A stretch of 64,000 nucleotides of DNA from Mycobacterium sp. GTDB lineage: Bacteria; Actinomycetota; Actinomycetes; Mycobacteriales; Mycobacteriaceae. Below the pieces are notes generated by a model, which was given only the letters and a program-made list of their open reading frames with translations, did no database searches and was not told the DNA's origin. This document shows positions 28,119-37,398 of the stretch, piece after piece (positions within the stretch are counted from its first letter, which is position 1; each line of letters opens with the position of its first letter). Made by a program: the position numbers and the translations under genes. Where the stretch lies: the NCBI GenBank assembly GCA_020438785.1, contig JAGQTW010000214.1, positions 2,668 to 66,667 on the forward strand. Direction: 5' to 3'.

Positions 28119-29549
28119 CTACCTCGTCTTGGCCGGCTTGGTCGACATCAGCACCGCCATCTCCTTGTACATCTCCTCGGGGATGGTCCAGATATCGGGG
28201 GTGTTCTCCCGGTGCCCGGTCACGGTGACGAACATCTGGCCCGAATACGTGAAGACCGCGACGATCATGCTCATCCCCGGCACCTGCATCATCTGGATGT
28301 GCATCCGTTCGAGCTTCGCGCCGGCGAGGTAGAGCGGCAGCGGTGGGCCCTGCACGTTGGTCACCAGTGTGTTGAATGCGGCGGGGGTCTTGTCCCCCAG
28401 TCCGGCCAGCAGGCCGTTGACCACGAGTTCGGTGAAACCGGGCGCGAAAACCTGAAAGATGTTCTCCACCACGTTGGTGTGCGAGCTCTTCACCGATTCC
28501 TTGGCCTCGGTGGTGGCCGCGTTGATGATCGACAAGCGCTCCAGCGGGTCCTCGGCATCGACCGGCAACTGCAGGGCGATGATGGCGAAATGGTTCTCGA
28601 ACTGGCCGGTGTCGCTGACGGTTCGGGTGTTGACCGGGTTCCCACAGGTGATCGGTCCGGCCGGCAGCGCGTCATGGTCGATCAACCACCGCCGGATACC
28701 GGCCGCGGAGATCGCCAGCGCGACGTCGTTCACCGTGCAGCCGTGCAGCTCCCGCACCTTCTTGACGTCGGACATCGGAATGTTGGCCCACGCCATCGCC
28801 TTGTGCGGTATCCCGTGGTGAACGATCTCGTTGAACGGCAGCCGCGGTCCGGAGAACAGCCGGGCGCCGGACCCGGTGTCCGGTTTGTCTTCGCTCCGGG
28901 TCGCCGACTTGATCGAGCGCTGGAGGATGACACCGCCCAATCCGGCGAGAGCTCGCACGGTACGCACCGGGCGCATCACCACGGTGGGCAGCGCCCGCAC
29001 GAACATCTCGCCCTGCGAGGGCACCGGCTCGGGTTTCCAGTCGTCCTCCTTGGCGCCGATCGCCTCGCCGCCGGGTTCGGCGGAGAACATCTGGAAGATC
29101 ATCTCCACCCCGCCCATGCCGTCGACGGCCGCGTGGTGCATGCGCAGGATGATCGCCTTCCGGCCGTCGGCCAGCCCTTCGAGGAACCACAGGTCCCAGA
29201 GCGGGCGACGCCAATCGATGGGCAGGCTGCCGATCTCGTCGGCAACGGCGGCCAGTTCCCTGTCACCACCGGGGGCGGGGATTCCCAGGGTGTGCAGGTG
29301 GTCGTCGATGTTGAACTCCGGGTCCTCCACCCAGACCGGTGCGGCCAACCCGAACGGCACCTCGACGAGACGCCGGCGCAACGGCGGCATCACCGGGAGC
29401 AATCGGATGAGGTGATCCCGCACGTGCGCAAGCGTCCACGGCTCAGGAGATGTCGAGGGATCGAACACCAGCAGCCCACCGCCGTGTAGCGGATACCGCT
29501 CGTTGTCCAGGGTCAGGAACAGGGTGTCGAGGTCGGATAGCCGTTTCAT
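28119..29549 (-). CDS. Wax ester synthase/diacylglycerol acyltransferase (WS/DGAT)
   Basis: Catalytic HHAAVDG, RRPLWD, TVNDVAL, TNVQGP. Confidence 0.92.
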   Translation of the reverse strand: MKRLSDLDTLFLTLDNERYPLHGGGLLVFDPSTSPEPWTLAHVRDHLIRLLPVMPPLRRRLVEVPFGLAAPVWVEDPEFNIDDHLHTLGIPAPGGDRELAAVADEIGSLPIDWRRPLWDLWFLEGLADGRKAIILRMHHAAVDGMGGVEMIFQMFSAEPGGEAIGAKEDDWKPEPVPSQGEMFVRALPTVVMRPVRTVRALAGLGGVILQRSIKSATRSEDKPDTGSGARLFSGPRLPFNEIVHHGIPHKAMAWANIPMSDVKKVRELHGCTVNDVALAISAAGIRRWLIDHDALPAGPITCGNPVNTRTVSDTGQFENHFAIIALQLPVDAEDPLERLSIINAATTEAKESVKSSHTNVVENIFQVFAPGFTELVVNGLLAGLGDKTPAAFNTLVTNVQGPPLPLYLAGAKLERMHIQMMQVPGMSMIVAVFTYSGQMFVTVTGHRENTPDIWTIPEEMYKEMAVLMSTKPAKTR

Positions 29550-29642
29550 GGTGACGCTCTCAGGTCGTTCAGCATTCTTCGGTGGTGCGCTGTAGCACGA
29601 TCTTGCCCGCCGAGCCGATGACGGCGACGCCTATTGGAAGCA

Positions 29643-32600
29643 TCAGGATGGAACCGGGTTTTCAGCGGCGGACACCGGGAGAAGCCCCAGCTTCCGGAAA
29701 TCGGCGAGGTACTTCTCGAGTAGTTCGCGCGACAACCGGGGGATGTCCGACTCCGGTCCGGCGCGGCCGGATTGCACCGCCGCAGTGAACCGCCCGGCCG
29801 GGACGGCGGAGCCGGCGAGCGGGGGCGCCGGCTCCGCGAAGGCGTCCATCAGCGCGAGCACGCAGTGCTGTCGGACAGCGTCGGGCAACTGCCGCATCGC
29901 TGCGACGAATCGACGGCGCCAGTCGTCGTAATCGTCGATTCGGTCGATCGCGCAGCCGGATCGGGCCATCCAGTCCACGAAGGAGTCCATGGACACCCCG
30001 TCGTGGTGCGGGTTGACCACGTTGTAGGTGTGGAAGCCGGCGGTGTCCGCACCGAGCGCGGCGATGGCGGCGGCGGCGAAGTCGACGGGCAAGCCGTCGT
30101 AGTGGGCGCCGGACGCATCGCCGCGGTAGAAGGTCCGGGGTGCGATGCCGGTGAGAGCGACACTGAGCAGCAACCGGCTGAACACGTCGGGCACGTTGAG
30201 TTGTCCGGCGCCCGTGCGGTGCGCAAGCAACATGGTGCAGCGGAAGACCGAAACCGGTAGCCCACACAGGTCGTGGGCCTCTCGCAGGAGCACCTCGCCC
30301 GACCACTTGCTCACCGCGTACCCACCGGCGTAGCTCCCGTCCAAACGGCGCGACGGAGTAGCGCTCCGGACATCGGAGTCCTCGCCGATCGGCGGGTGCT
30401 CCGGCGGCAGCGCAACGCCGACGGTCGACACGAAATCGATCGCCTTGAGGCGCTCGGTCAGCGCCAGACGGATGACCTCGGCGGTGCCCGCTACGTTGGC
30501 GGCAAACAATTGTGGGTACGGCAGGACGTGATTGACGTGCGCGGCCGGATGGACGATCAGGTCGACTCGCGACACCAGTTGGTCCCAGGTGGCAGCGTCG
30601 AGGCCAAGGCCCGGTGTACCGAGATCACCGGCGATCACCTCCAGATGAGCTTTCGCCAGTTCTTCGAATCGTCTGTGCAGCAGAGGATCCGAGGCGTATG
30701 AGTCGGAGATGCGCCGGTGAGCTTCAGCAGCATCACGACCGCGCGCCATCGCAATAACGGTGCCGCCGCGCGAAGCCACCCGCTCCAGCCACTCCAGACA
30801 AAGGAAGCGGCCCAGGAAGCCGTTGGCGCCGGTGACGAGGATGGTGTCGAAGGGCGGGGTGGAACACGGGAGATCAGCTGCCACAGCTAGGATTTCAGCG
30901 GGGATGAATCGATCCAGCATCAGTTCGCCGGCGCGAACCGTGCGGGGATCGGGGTGCACCGCCGCCGGCGTGGGCAGGGTGCCGGAGCCACCGGTGATCG
31001 TCGAGGAGACGAAGTCCGCGATGCCCTCGAGATTCCCGGTCGGGTTGAGCACCACGTTGGCCGGCACCTCGATGCCGAACACGCTGTTGAGCACGTCGGC
31101 GAAGCTGACCGCCGCCATCGAGTCGCCGCCCAGATCGATGAACCGCGCACCTGGGTCGACGTCGGCGGCAGGTATCCCGAGTGTGGCCACCACCGCGTGG
31201 ACGACCGTCTCGATGATCGGACGATCGCCGACGCGCGCGCGCAGGTCGTCGAGTTCGGCCACTCGGCTCTCGGCGATCTCGGCGTACAGACCCTCGAGCC
31301 GATCTCGATAGTGTTCTGCCAGAGCGGGTCTGGCGATCTTGCCCGCCCCGGTCAGCAGGCCGCTCCCCTGGGTCCACGGCCGGCGTTCGATGATCACGTC
31401 CCGCGGAATCTCGTACGGCCGCAGTCCGCTCTCGGCGGCGATCTGCTGGATGGACGCTCGAATGGCCGACTTGACCGCGGCGTCGTCGCCGAGGTCGTCG
31501 GTTGCTTCGGCGGCGGGTACCACGACGGCGAGCAGGAATGACTGCGTGCTGTTTCCGTAGAGGTAGATCTGCTGGATGAGGGGGCTGCTGGCGAGCGCCG
31601 CCTCGACGGCGGCGACGGTGACGAACTCACCCTGGGAGAGTTTGAGGACGTTATTGCGACGGTCGAGATAGGCCAGTCGTCCCGGCTCGACCTCGGCCAT
31701 GATGTCACCGGTGTGGTAGTAGCCCTCGGCGTCGAACACCGCTGCGGTGACGTCGGGGCGCTTGTAGTAACCGGGGATCAGCGTCGCCGACTTGATCGCG
31801 AACTCGCCACGCGGGTACGGGCGGTCGGTCCGGTAGTACCCCAGTTCCGGAACGTCAACCAGCTTGTACTCCGTGATCGGCGGACTGAGGATGTGCCCGT
31901 CCATGGTCATCGGTCCGGCTTCGGTGGCGCCGTACGTGTCGACCAGGTGGAGGTCGAGCACGGACTCGATGACGGCGACAATGTCCGGCGACAGCGGGGC
32001 GCTGCCGTACGTCGCGGTCAGGACTCGGCCGCCGAGCATGTTGTCGGCCAGATCCCGCCTGATCCGCGCGGCCGCCTCGGCCAGTTCGCCGGGATCGGAG
32101 GAGTGCCGCCGAGCCCGGGCCAGACCTTCCTGGTATCGCTGGTTCACGAGTTCGCACACGCGGGGCACGAGTTGCATCTGCGTCGGCCGCACCGCGGCGT
32201 AGTCCCTGAGCAGCTGCGTCATGTCTGATCCGGTGGAGAAGTAGTTGGTACCACCGCTGCCCAGGACGTTTGTCAGTACGGTCCGCCCGCCGACGTGGCT
32301 GAGGGGCAGGAAGTGCACGGTGATGGTGGGAAAGATGGACTGACGCCGCCACATCCCGGAGACCAGCCGCTCGGGATACATGGCGCCTTTCGGCGCTCCC
32401 GTACTGCCCGAGGTGTAGATCAGATTGACCAGGCGGTCGTCGTCGCCGTCGAGTGACGGCGGTGGTACCGGCAGCGTGCGGCCACGCTCGCGAAGCGGGG
32501 TGATGCCGTCGACACGGCGTCCGTCGCGATGTCCGTGGGCCTGCACATGGTCGTGAGGCTCTTCGTCGAAGACCAGGTAGTCCGGCGCTATCCCGGCCAA

Positions 32601-33170
32601 AGTTGCTGCTGCCAAAGCGGTTTCGAGCCCTTCCGGTGCGACGGCGACGACCCGGGGCTGTGTTTCGGCGAAGATCTGCCCGATCTGGGCTGCGGGCGCG
32701 CCGTACGGCAGTGGCACCGACACCAGGCCCTGCCGGATGCAGGCCAGGTCCACGATGACGTAGTCGATACTTCCCGGCCCCAGGATGCACACGAAATCAC
32801 CCGCGACAAGGGGCTTTTCCGCGCCGTGCCATGCTGCGGCCACCTCCTGGGCTGCGGTCCACAGTTCGCGGTAGCTGATGGTCTCGAAGTCATCGGGCAA
32901 GTTGGGGGGCCGGGTACCGGCGGACGGACCTCCGGCACGCTCCCGCCTGCGCTGTCCGAGTGCCGGGCGGTCGGCATACGAACTCATCAAGGTCTCGACG
33001 ATCTCGACGAGGCGGATGCCGGGCCGGTGCAGTTGGGCGGTGACCTCGGCGGACGGAGCCGCGGCCGCGAACTGGGGGTCTTCGGCATGAAGGCGGGCAA
33101 GTCTCTCGGGGAGTCGTTGCTCCCAACCGGGTGCGGCTCCCGTGGTCCGCACCTGTTCCGTTGCCGTCAT
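29643..33170 (-). CDS. car: Carboxylic acid reductase (A-PCP-R)
   Basis: YADRPALGQR, YTSGSTGAPKG, KLSQGEFV (A domain); LGGDS (PCP serine); TGANGFLG, HPAAHVNH, YAVSKW (R domain). 1175 aa from ATG 33170. Confidence 0.92.
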   Translation of the reverse strand: MTATEQVRTTGAAPGWEQRLPERLARLHAEDPQFAAAAPSAEVTAQLHRPGIRLVEIVETLMSSYADRPALGQRRRERAGGPSAGTRPPNLPDDFETISYRELWTAAQEVAAAWHGAEKPLVAGDFVCILGPGSIDYVIVDLACIRQGLVSVPLPYGAPAAQIGQIFAETQPRVVAVAPEGLETALAAATLAGIAPDYLVFDEEPHDHVQAHGHRDGRRVDGITPLRERGRTLPVPPPSLDGDDDRLVNLIYTSGSTGAPKGAMYPERLVSGMWRRQSIFPTITVHFLPLSHVGGRTVLTNVLGSGGTNYFSTGSDMTQLLRDYAAVRPTQMQLVPRVCELVNQRYQEGLARARRHSSDPGELAEAAARIRRDLADNMLGGRVLTATYGSAPLSPDIVAVIESVLDLHLVDTYGATEAGPMTMDGHILSPPITEYKLVDVPELGYYRTDRPYPRGEFAIKSATLIPGYYKRPDVTAAVFDAEGYYHTGDIMAEVEPGRLAYLDRRNNVLKLSQGEFVTVAAVEAALASSPLIQQIYLYGNSTQSFLLAVVVPAAEATDDLGDDAAVKSAIRASIQQIAAESGLRPYEIPRDVIIERRPWTQGSGLLTGAGKIARPALAEHYRDRLEGLYAEIAESRVAELDDLRARVGDRPIIETVVHAVVATLGIPAADVDPGARFIDLGGDSMAAVSFADVLNSVFGIEVPANVVLNPTGNLEGIADFVSSTITGGSGTLPTPAAVHPDPRTVRAGELMLDRFIPAEILAVAADLPCSTPPFDTILVTGANGFLGRFLCLEWLERVASRGGTVIAMARGRDAAEAHRRISDSYASDPLLHRRFEELAKAHLEVIAGDLGTPGLGLDAATWDQLVSRVDLIVHPAAHVNHVLPYPQLFAANVAGTAEVIRLALTERLKAIDFVSTVGVALPPEHPPIGEDSDVRSATPSRRLDGSYAGGYAVSKWSGEVLLREAHDLCGLPVSVFRCTMLLAHRTGAGQLNVPDVFSRLLLSVALTGIAPRTFYRGDASGAHYDGLPVDFAAAAIAALGADTAGFHTYNVVNPHHDGVSMDSFVDWMARSGCAIDRIDDYDDWRRRFVAAMRQLPDAVRQHCVLALMDAFAEPAPPLAGSAVPAGRFTAAVQSGRAGPESDIPRLSRELLEKYLADFRKLGLLPVSAAENPVPS

Positions 33171-33221
33171 CCGTCTACTCCACCTGTGCAGTGAGCCGCC
33201 ACGCCGCCCTGCTGGCATTTA

Positions 33222-33233
33222 ATCAAATTTGAT
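33222..33233. promoter_or_regulatory. Perfect 12-bp palindrome ATCAAATTTGAT upstream of car
   Basis: AT-rich palindrome in the TetR-car intergenic gap, about 50 bp upstream of the car start. Confidence 0.45.
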
Positions 33234-33304
33234 GGCTATGGCACAGGGCTTTTGGCGACAAGCAGGCGGATGGATCCTGGCCATCACCACCGGGTGTGAC
33301 CTGT

Positions 33305-33949
33305 TCAGCGATCGTCGGCAGTGGTGGAACCCAGCCCGCTGACCAGCGCGCGCAGCGCGAACTGCAGTCGCTCCCGCGAGGGGATCCGGCTGCCCTCGGC
33401 GAGCGCGGCCGCCAGGTCCGCATAGCGCTTCTCGTCGGGGACCGCACTCGGACTGAACTCGGCCCAGCCGCAGATCAACGCGGTCAGGGCGAAGTAGCCG
33501 GATGCCGCTTCGGTCACCGTGAGCCCACCGCGGCGCAGTTGGGCGACCATGAAACTGCTCACGTCCAGACTGGCCGGAATGCCGCGGCTCTGCAGCATCA
33601 GGTGGCCGACCACCCCTGGGAACTCCTCGGCCAGGTCGGCGACCGCGAGCAGCACCCGCACCAGGGTCTCCTCCCAGTTCTCGCCGGACAGCTCCTGAAG
33701 GCGCCCCTGGAAATGGCGCTCAAGGGCGTAACCGGCCACCATCGACTCCAGCGCCGAGCGGCCGTCGGGGACGTGGTAGTAGAGGGCCGGGCTGGTGATG
33801 CCAAGCTGCTCGGCAACCGCCTTGACGGTCAGGCGATCGAGCCCGCTTTCGCGGGCCACGGCTACGGCGGCATGCAGAATGTCCGCCTCGGTGAGGACCT
33901 CGGCCTGAACGCCGCCACGCTGCCCACCGAACTTGCCCGCGCCGCTCAC
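33305..33949 (-). CDS. TetR family regulator (TetR/AcrR C-terminal type)
   Basis: ILHAAVAVARESGLDRLTVKAVAEQLGITSPALYYHV HTH. Start GTG 33949 is inferred. Confidence 0.85.
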   Translation of the reverse strand: MSGAGKFGGQRGGVQAEVLTEADILHAAVAVARESGLDRLTVKAVAEQLGITSPALYYHVPDGRSALESMVAGYALERHFQGRLQELSGENWEETLVRVLLAVADLAEEFPGVVGHLMLQSRGIPASLDVSSFMVAQLRRGGLTVTEAASGYFALTALICGWAEFSPSAVPDEKRYADLAAALAEGSRIPSRERLQFALRALVSGLGSTTADDR

Positions 33950-33972
33950 CCGCTCATTGTGCCGTAGACGGC

Positions 33973-35070
33973 TCAGCCGCCGGCCTGCTGGGCGTGCAGG
34001 TGGGGAGAGATCGTCCAGTTGTCGTCCTGGTGGCGACCACCGATATTGCGGCAGCCGACGACCGCCAGCTCGAACGGTGTTCGGATTCCGGGCTCGGCGG
34101 CGATCAGCGCCGGCAGGATGTTGATGCCGTACATCGCGGTGCCGAACAGCGCGGGCCGGGACTGCTTGCCGGCGGGATCGCGCAGGCTCAGATGGAGGTC
34201 GTAGTCCGGGATTCCGCGGATCTCGACGCCGTAGCCCTCCTGATGCCGCCAGTGTTCGGCCACGTCGCGGCGCAGCCGGTTGACGTGTTCCAGCCGGAAG
34301 CGTTCGGCCCCCTCGACGGTTCCGATCAGCCCGAACCGGATGGCTGCCACCGCACCGGCCTCGACCCGCTTTGCCGGGACGTCGAATGCGTCGGTGCAGC
34401 GGTGGGTTTCGATGAACTCGGTCACCTCGATGTCCGGGCACCCGAGTGCGTCGGCAAGGCCTCGGATGGACGACCCCCAGGTGTGGTCGATGACACCGGG
34501 CCGGTGAAAGCGGCAGCCGTCGGTGTCCATCACCCCCAGCCCGAGATCGTTGAGCCGCCAGAGCGGCAGCGGGTCGTAGTCGCGGACCTCGTAGAGGGTG
34601 AGCAGGTCGACGCGCTCGCTGACGGCGGTGAGCACGAACGGCAGCAGTTGGGTGGTGAACCCGGGGTCGATGCCGCCGTAGATGATGGAGGCGCCCCCGG
34701 CCAGTGCCGCCTCCTCGATCGGGCCGCGGATCTCCGGCGGGCAGGACCGTGGGTGCAGGAGTTCGGGAATGCCGAGGTAGGCGACGTCGACACCGGCGCG
34801 AAGGTACGGCAGCACCGGCTCGAAGCTGCGACTCTTGCCGCAGTAGACCAGCGCGTCGGGCTTTTCGGCCAGAATCTCGTCGAGCGAGGTGCTCAGGGCG
34901 GTGCCGCACGGCTCCCAGCCGATCAATGCACCGGCGTCGAGGCCGGCCTTCTCCTCGGAAAAGGTCTGAACACCAACCAGACTCATGTCGTCTCGGCTCA
35001 GCACGCCGCGGATCGCGTAGTGGCCGACGTCGCCGACGCCGCAGATGGCGACCTTGAGTTGATCAGGCAT
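33973..35070 (-). CDS. NAD(P)H-dependent amine dehydrogenase / DapB-like oxidoreductase (2,4-diaminopentanoate DH family)
   Basis: KVAICGVGDVG Rossmann motif, GGIDPGF, EVRDY, TAMYGIN. Confidence 0.78.
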   Translation of the reverse strand: MPDQLKVAICGVGDVGHYAIRGVLSRDDMSLVGVQTFSEEKAGLDAGALIGWEPCGTALSTSLDEILAEKPDALVYCGKSRSFEPVLPYLRAGVDVAYLGIPELLHPRSCPPEIRGPIEEAALAGGASIIYGGIDPGFTTQLLPFVLTAVSERVDLLTLYEVRDYDPLPLWRLNDLGLGVMDTDGCRFHRPGVIDHTWGSSIRGLADALGCPDIEVTEFIETHRCTDAFDVPAKRVEAGAVAAIRFGLIGTVEGAERFRLEHVNRLRRDVAEHWRHQEGYGVEIRGIPDYDLHLSLRDPAGKQSRPALFGTAMYGINILPALIAAEPGIRTPFELAVVGCRNIGGRHQDDNWTISPHLHAQQAGG

Positions 35071-35083
35071 GGCTGTTCCTTCG

Positions 35084-36160
35084 CTAGAGACGGATGGCTC
35101 CGCGGCCGCTGATGAGCGGTAGGTCGATGGGGCTGTGGACACCGGGCGGCGCCGTGGTGAGCACCGGGATCGCGTTGACGGCGCGCATCGCGGTACCCAG
35201 GACGCCCTGATCCGTCGCATCAAGACCTGCTCCACCGAGGGCGACGTCGACATCGATGTCCGGGTTGCCGGAGATGCGAATCCGGGTGGTTCGCCGCAGC
35301 GGATCCACGGGTTGCGGAAACTGCGGTCCGGCCTCGTCGAGCAACCGGTACACGTGCTCGATGACGAACATCGGTCGTCCGTCGACCTCACCAACCACTT
35401 TGAAGTGCAGGGCCGCAGCGTCATTCGGGCCATAGCTGCCCGCGGGCACGGTGAACGCGTATCCCGCGGCCGCGAGGTTTCGCTCCTCGTAGACCCGGTC
35501 GAGGGTGACCCCGAGCCCCTCGGCGAGCATCGCCATCGGACCCATCCAGTTCAATGCGATCTGGCCGGGAACGTAGCGCTCGGCGTCGGTGGTGATGTCA
35601 CTACCCAGGCCGGAACGCCAGCGCGGCACCCGGTAGCCGCCGACGTTCATCGCCTCCTGGACGTGGATGCCGGTGATCTCGCGCGACAGGCTGGTCAGGT
35701 GCAGCACCAGGGCATCCGCCATGAAACCCGGCTCGATTCCGGTGCACAGGAACGCCGATCCCCCTGCCGCACAGGCAGTCTCGAGCCGGTGCCGGACGTC
35801 CGGTCCATCGCCGGACGGGTGCACCAGAACCGGCAGCGTCGTGGCGACGACGTTGATCCCGGCCGCCAGCAGCCGGCACAGGTCGTCGATCACCTCATCG
35901 TGGCGGCCGCGGTCGCTGGCCATGTAGCAGACGCATTGCGGCGCCGAATCGATGACCGCGTCGGGGTCACCGGTGACGGCGACCCCGGTCGGCGCCTCGA
36001 GACCCACCAGATCCGCCGCGTCGCGGCCGATGAACGTAGGGTTGTGGGCCCACACCCCGACGAGCTCGAGGTTCGGCGAGGCGAGAATCGCCCTCGGGGC
36101 CACCATTCCGGTGTTGCCGGTACCCCACTGGACGACCCTGAGTGGTGGGTCCGTGGTCAC
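35084..36160 (-). CDS. NAD(P)H-dependent amine dehydrogenase / DapB-like oxidoreductase, second copy
   Basis: RVVQWGTGNTG, LLAAGINVV, TGIEPGF, TAMRAVNAIP. GTGA-coupled to the amidohydrolase. Confidence 0.8.
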   Translation of the reverse strand: MTTDPPLRVVQWGTGNTGMVAPRAILASPNLELVGVWAHNPTFIGRDAADLVGLEAPTGVAVTGDPDAVIDSAPQCVCYMASDRGRHDEVIDDLCRLLAAGINVVATTLPVLVHPSGDGPDVRHRLETACAAGGSAFLCTGIEPGFMADALVLHLTSLSREITGIHVQEAMNVGGYRVPRWRSGLGSDITTDAERYVPGQIALNWMGPMAMLAEGLGVTLDRVYEERNLAAAGYAFTVPAGSYGPNDAAALHFKVVGEVDGRPMFVIEHVYRLLDEAGPQFPQPVDPLRRTTRIRISGNPDIDVDVALGGAGLDATDQGVLGTAMRAVNAIPVLTTAPPGVHSPIDLPLISGRGAIRL

Positions 36161-37335
36161 GCCCAGGGCCGCCAGCCCAGCAGCTCGCAAGCATTGAGCT
36201 CGGCGATCTTGTGCGCCTCGTCGTCGGGCACCTCGGACAGCATCTCGACCATGGTCTTGCGCGAGTGCGGGAAGTGCGAGTCCGAGTGCGGGTAGTCGCT
36301 CTCGAACACCAGCCGGTCCACACCGATCCGGTCCCGGAAGTCGATACCGGCCTGGTCGTAGATGAAGCAGGCCCACACGTGCTTGCGTGCCAGATCCGAC
36401 GGGCGGGTCTCGGTGTCCACCTTGGCGTAGTAGCGGTGCCGCTCCCATACGGTGTCCATCCGCTCCAGCATGTAGGGCATCCAGCCCGCGCCGCCCTCGG
36501 CCAGCGCCACCTTGAGCCCGGGGAAGGTGTGGAAGGTGCGGGAGAAGCACAGATCGGACAGCGCCCCCATCGAGTTGCACCCCATCTGGGCCACCACCAC
36601 CGGCGTCGGCGCGTCCGGGCTCACGTACGGGGTGGCCGTCGAGGTGCCGAAGTGCAGCATCAGCGGCATCGAGTTCTCCTGGGCGATGGACAGCACCGGA
36701 TCCCAGTGGTCGGTGTGGAACGACGGCAGTCCCAGCGGTGACGGGTTCTCCGGGAAGGAGATGCACCGGGCGCCGAGTCCGATCGCCCGCTGCAGTTCGG
36801 CGACCGCGGCGTCGATGTCCCACAACGGCAGGACGCACAGCGGCACGAATCGGTCCGGCGCGGTACCGCACCACTCCTCGAGCATCCAGTCGTTCCAGGC
36901 GCGAATGCAGTCCAGCGCCATCGCCCGGTCCTCGCCCTCCAGGAACCGGGTGCCGGCGAAGCGCGCGAAGCTCGGGAAGTTGGTCTGCGCCCACACCCCG
37001 TCCTCGTCCATGTCCTTGAGGCGCTCGACCGGGTCGTAACAACCCGGACGCATATCGTCGTAGCGGGCCGGCTCCACATCCCAGGTCTTGGGGTCCTTGC
37101 CCGCAACCGCGTTCAGGCCGATCTGCGGGTAGTTCTTGCCGGCGTAGACCCAGCTCTGCACGCGACCGTGGGCCTGTGCACCCAATTGCACTGCCGCCGA
37201 ATCGACTTCGATCTCGGCAACGTGTGGGATCTGCGAGCGGTCGTACTTGGCGGGCATCCGCTTGGTCCAGACGTCGGCGGGCTCGATCGCGTGGTCGTCG
37301 ACCGAAACCAGTTTCATGTAGTCCTGAAGTGGCAT
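36157..37335 (-). CDS. Amidohydrolase_2 family metallo-enzyme, copy 1
   Basis: SVDDHAIEP, AWNDWMLEEW, MLHFG, LAEGGAGW, FESDYPHSDS. Confidence 0.9.
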   Translation of the reverse strand: MPLQDYMKLVSVDDHAIEPADVWTKRMPAKYDRSQIPHVAEIEVDSAAVQLGAQAHGRVQSWVYAGKNYPQIGLNAVAGKDPKTWDVEPARYDDMRPGCYDPVERLKDMDEDGVWAQTNFPSFARFAGTRFLEGEDRAMALDCIRAWNDWMLEEWCGTAPDRFVPLCVLPLWDIDAAVAELQRAIGLGARCISFPENPSPLGLPSFHTDHWDPVLSIAQENSMPLMLHFGTSTATPYVSPDAPTPVVVAQMGCNSMGALSDLCFSRTFHTFPGLKVALAEGGAGWMPYMLERMDTVWERHRYYAKVDTETRPSDLARKHVWACFIYDQAGIDFRDRIGVDRLVFESDYPHSDSHFPHSRKTMVEMLSEVPDDEAHKIAELNACELLGWRPWA

Positions 37336-37398
37336 TTTCTACTCCTCAGCTAGTCGAGCGTTGGTGACGGTTGTTGGGCGAGGCTTCATGGCCAGTAC

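Noticed and set aside
29643-33170. NRPS or secondary-metabolite cluster
   Set aside because: A-PCP-R architecture with CAR signature motifs. No condensation or KS domains occur anywhere in the window.
36085-36100. Proline in the Rossmann helix (GMVAPRAIL) of the 35084-36160 dehydrogenase as a sign of pseudogenisation
   Set aside because: A single substitution in an otherwise intact, coupled ORF. It cannot be judged without an alignment to homologues.
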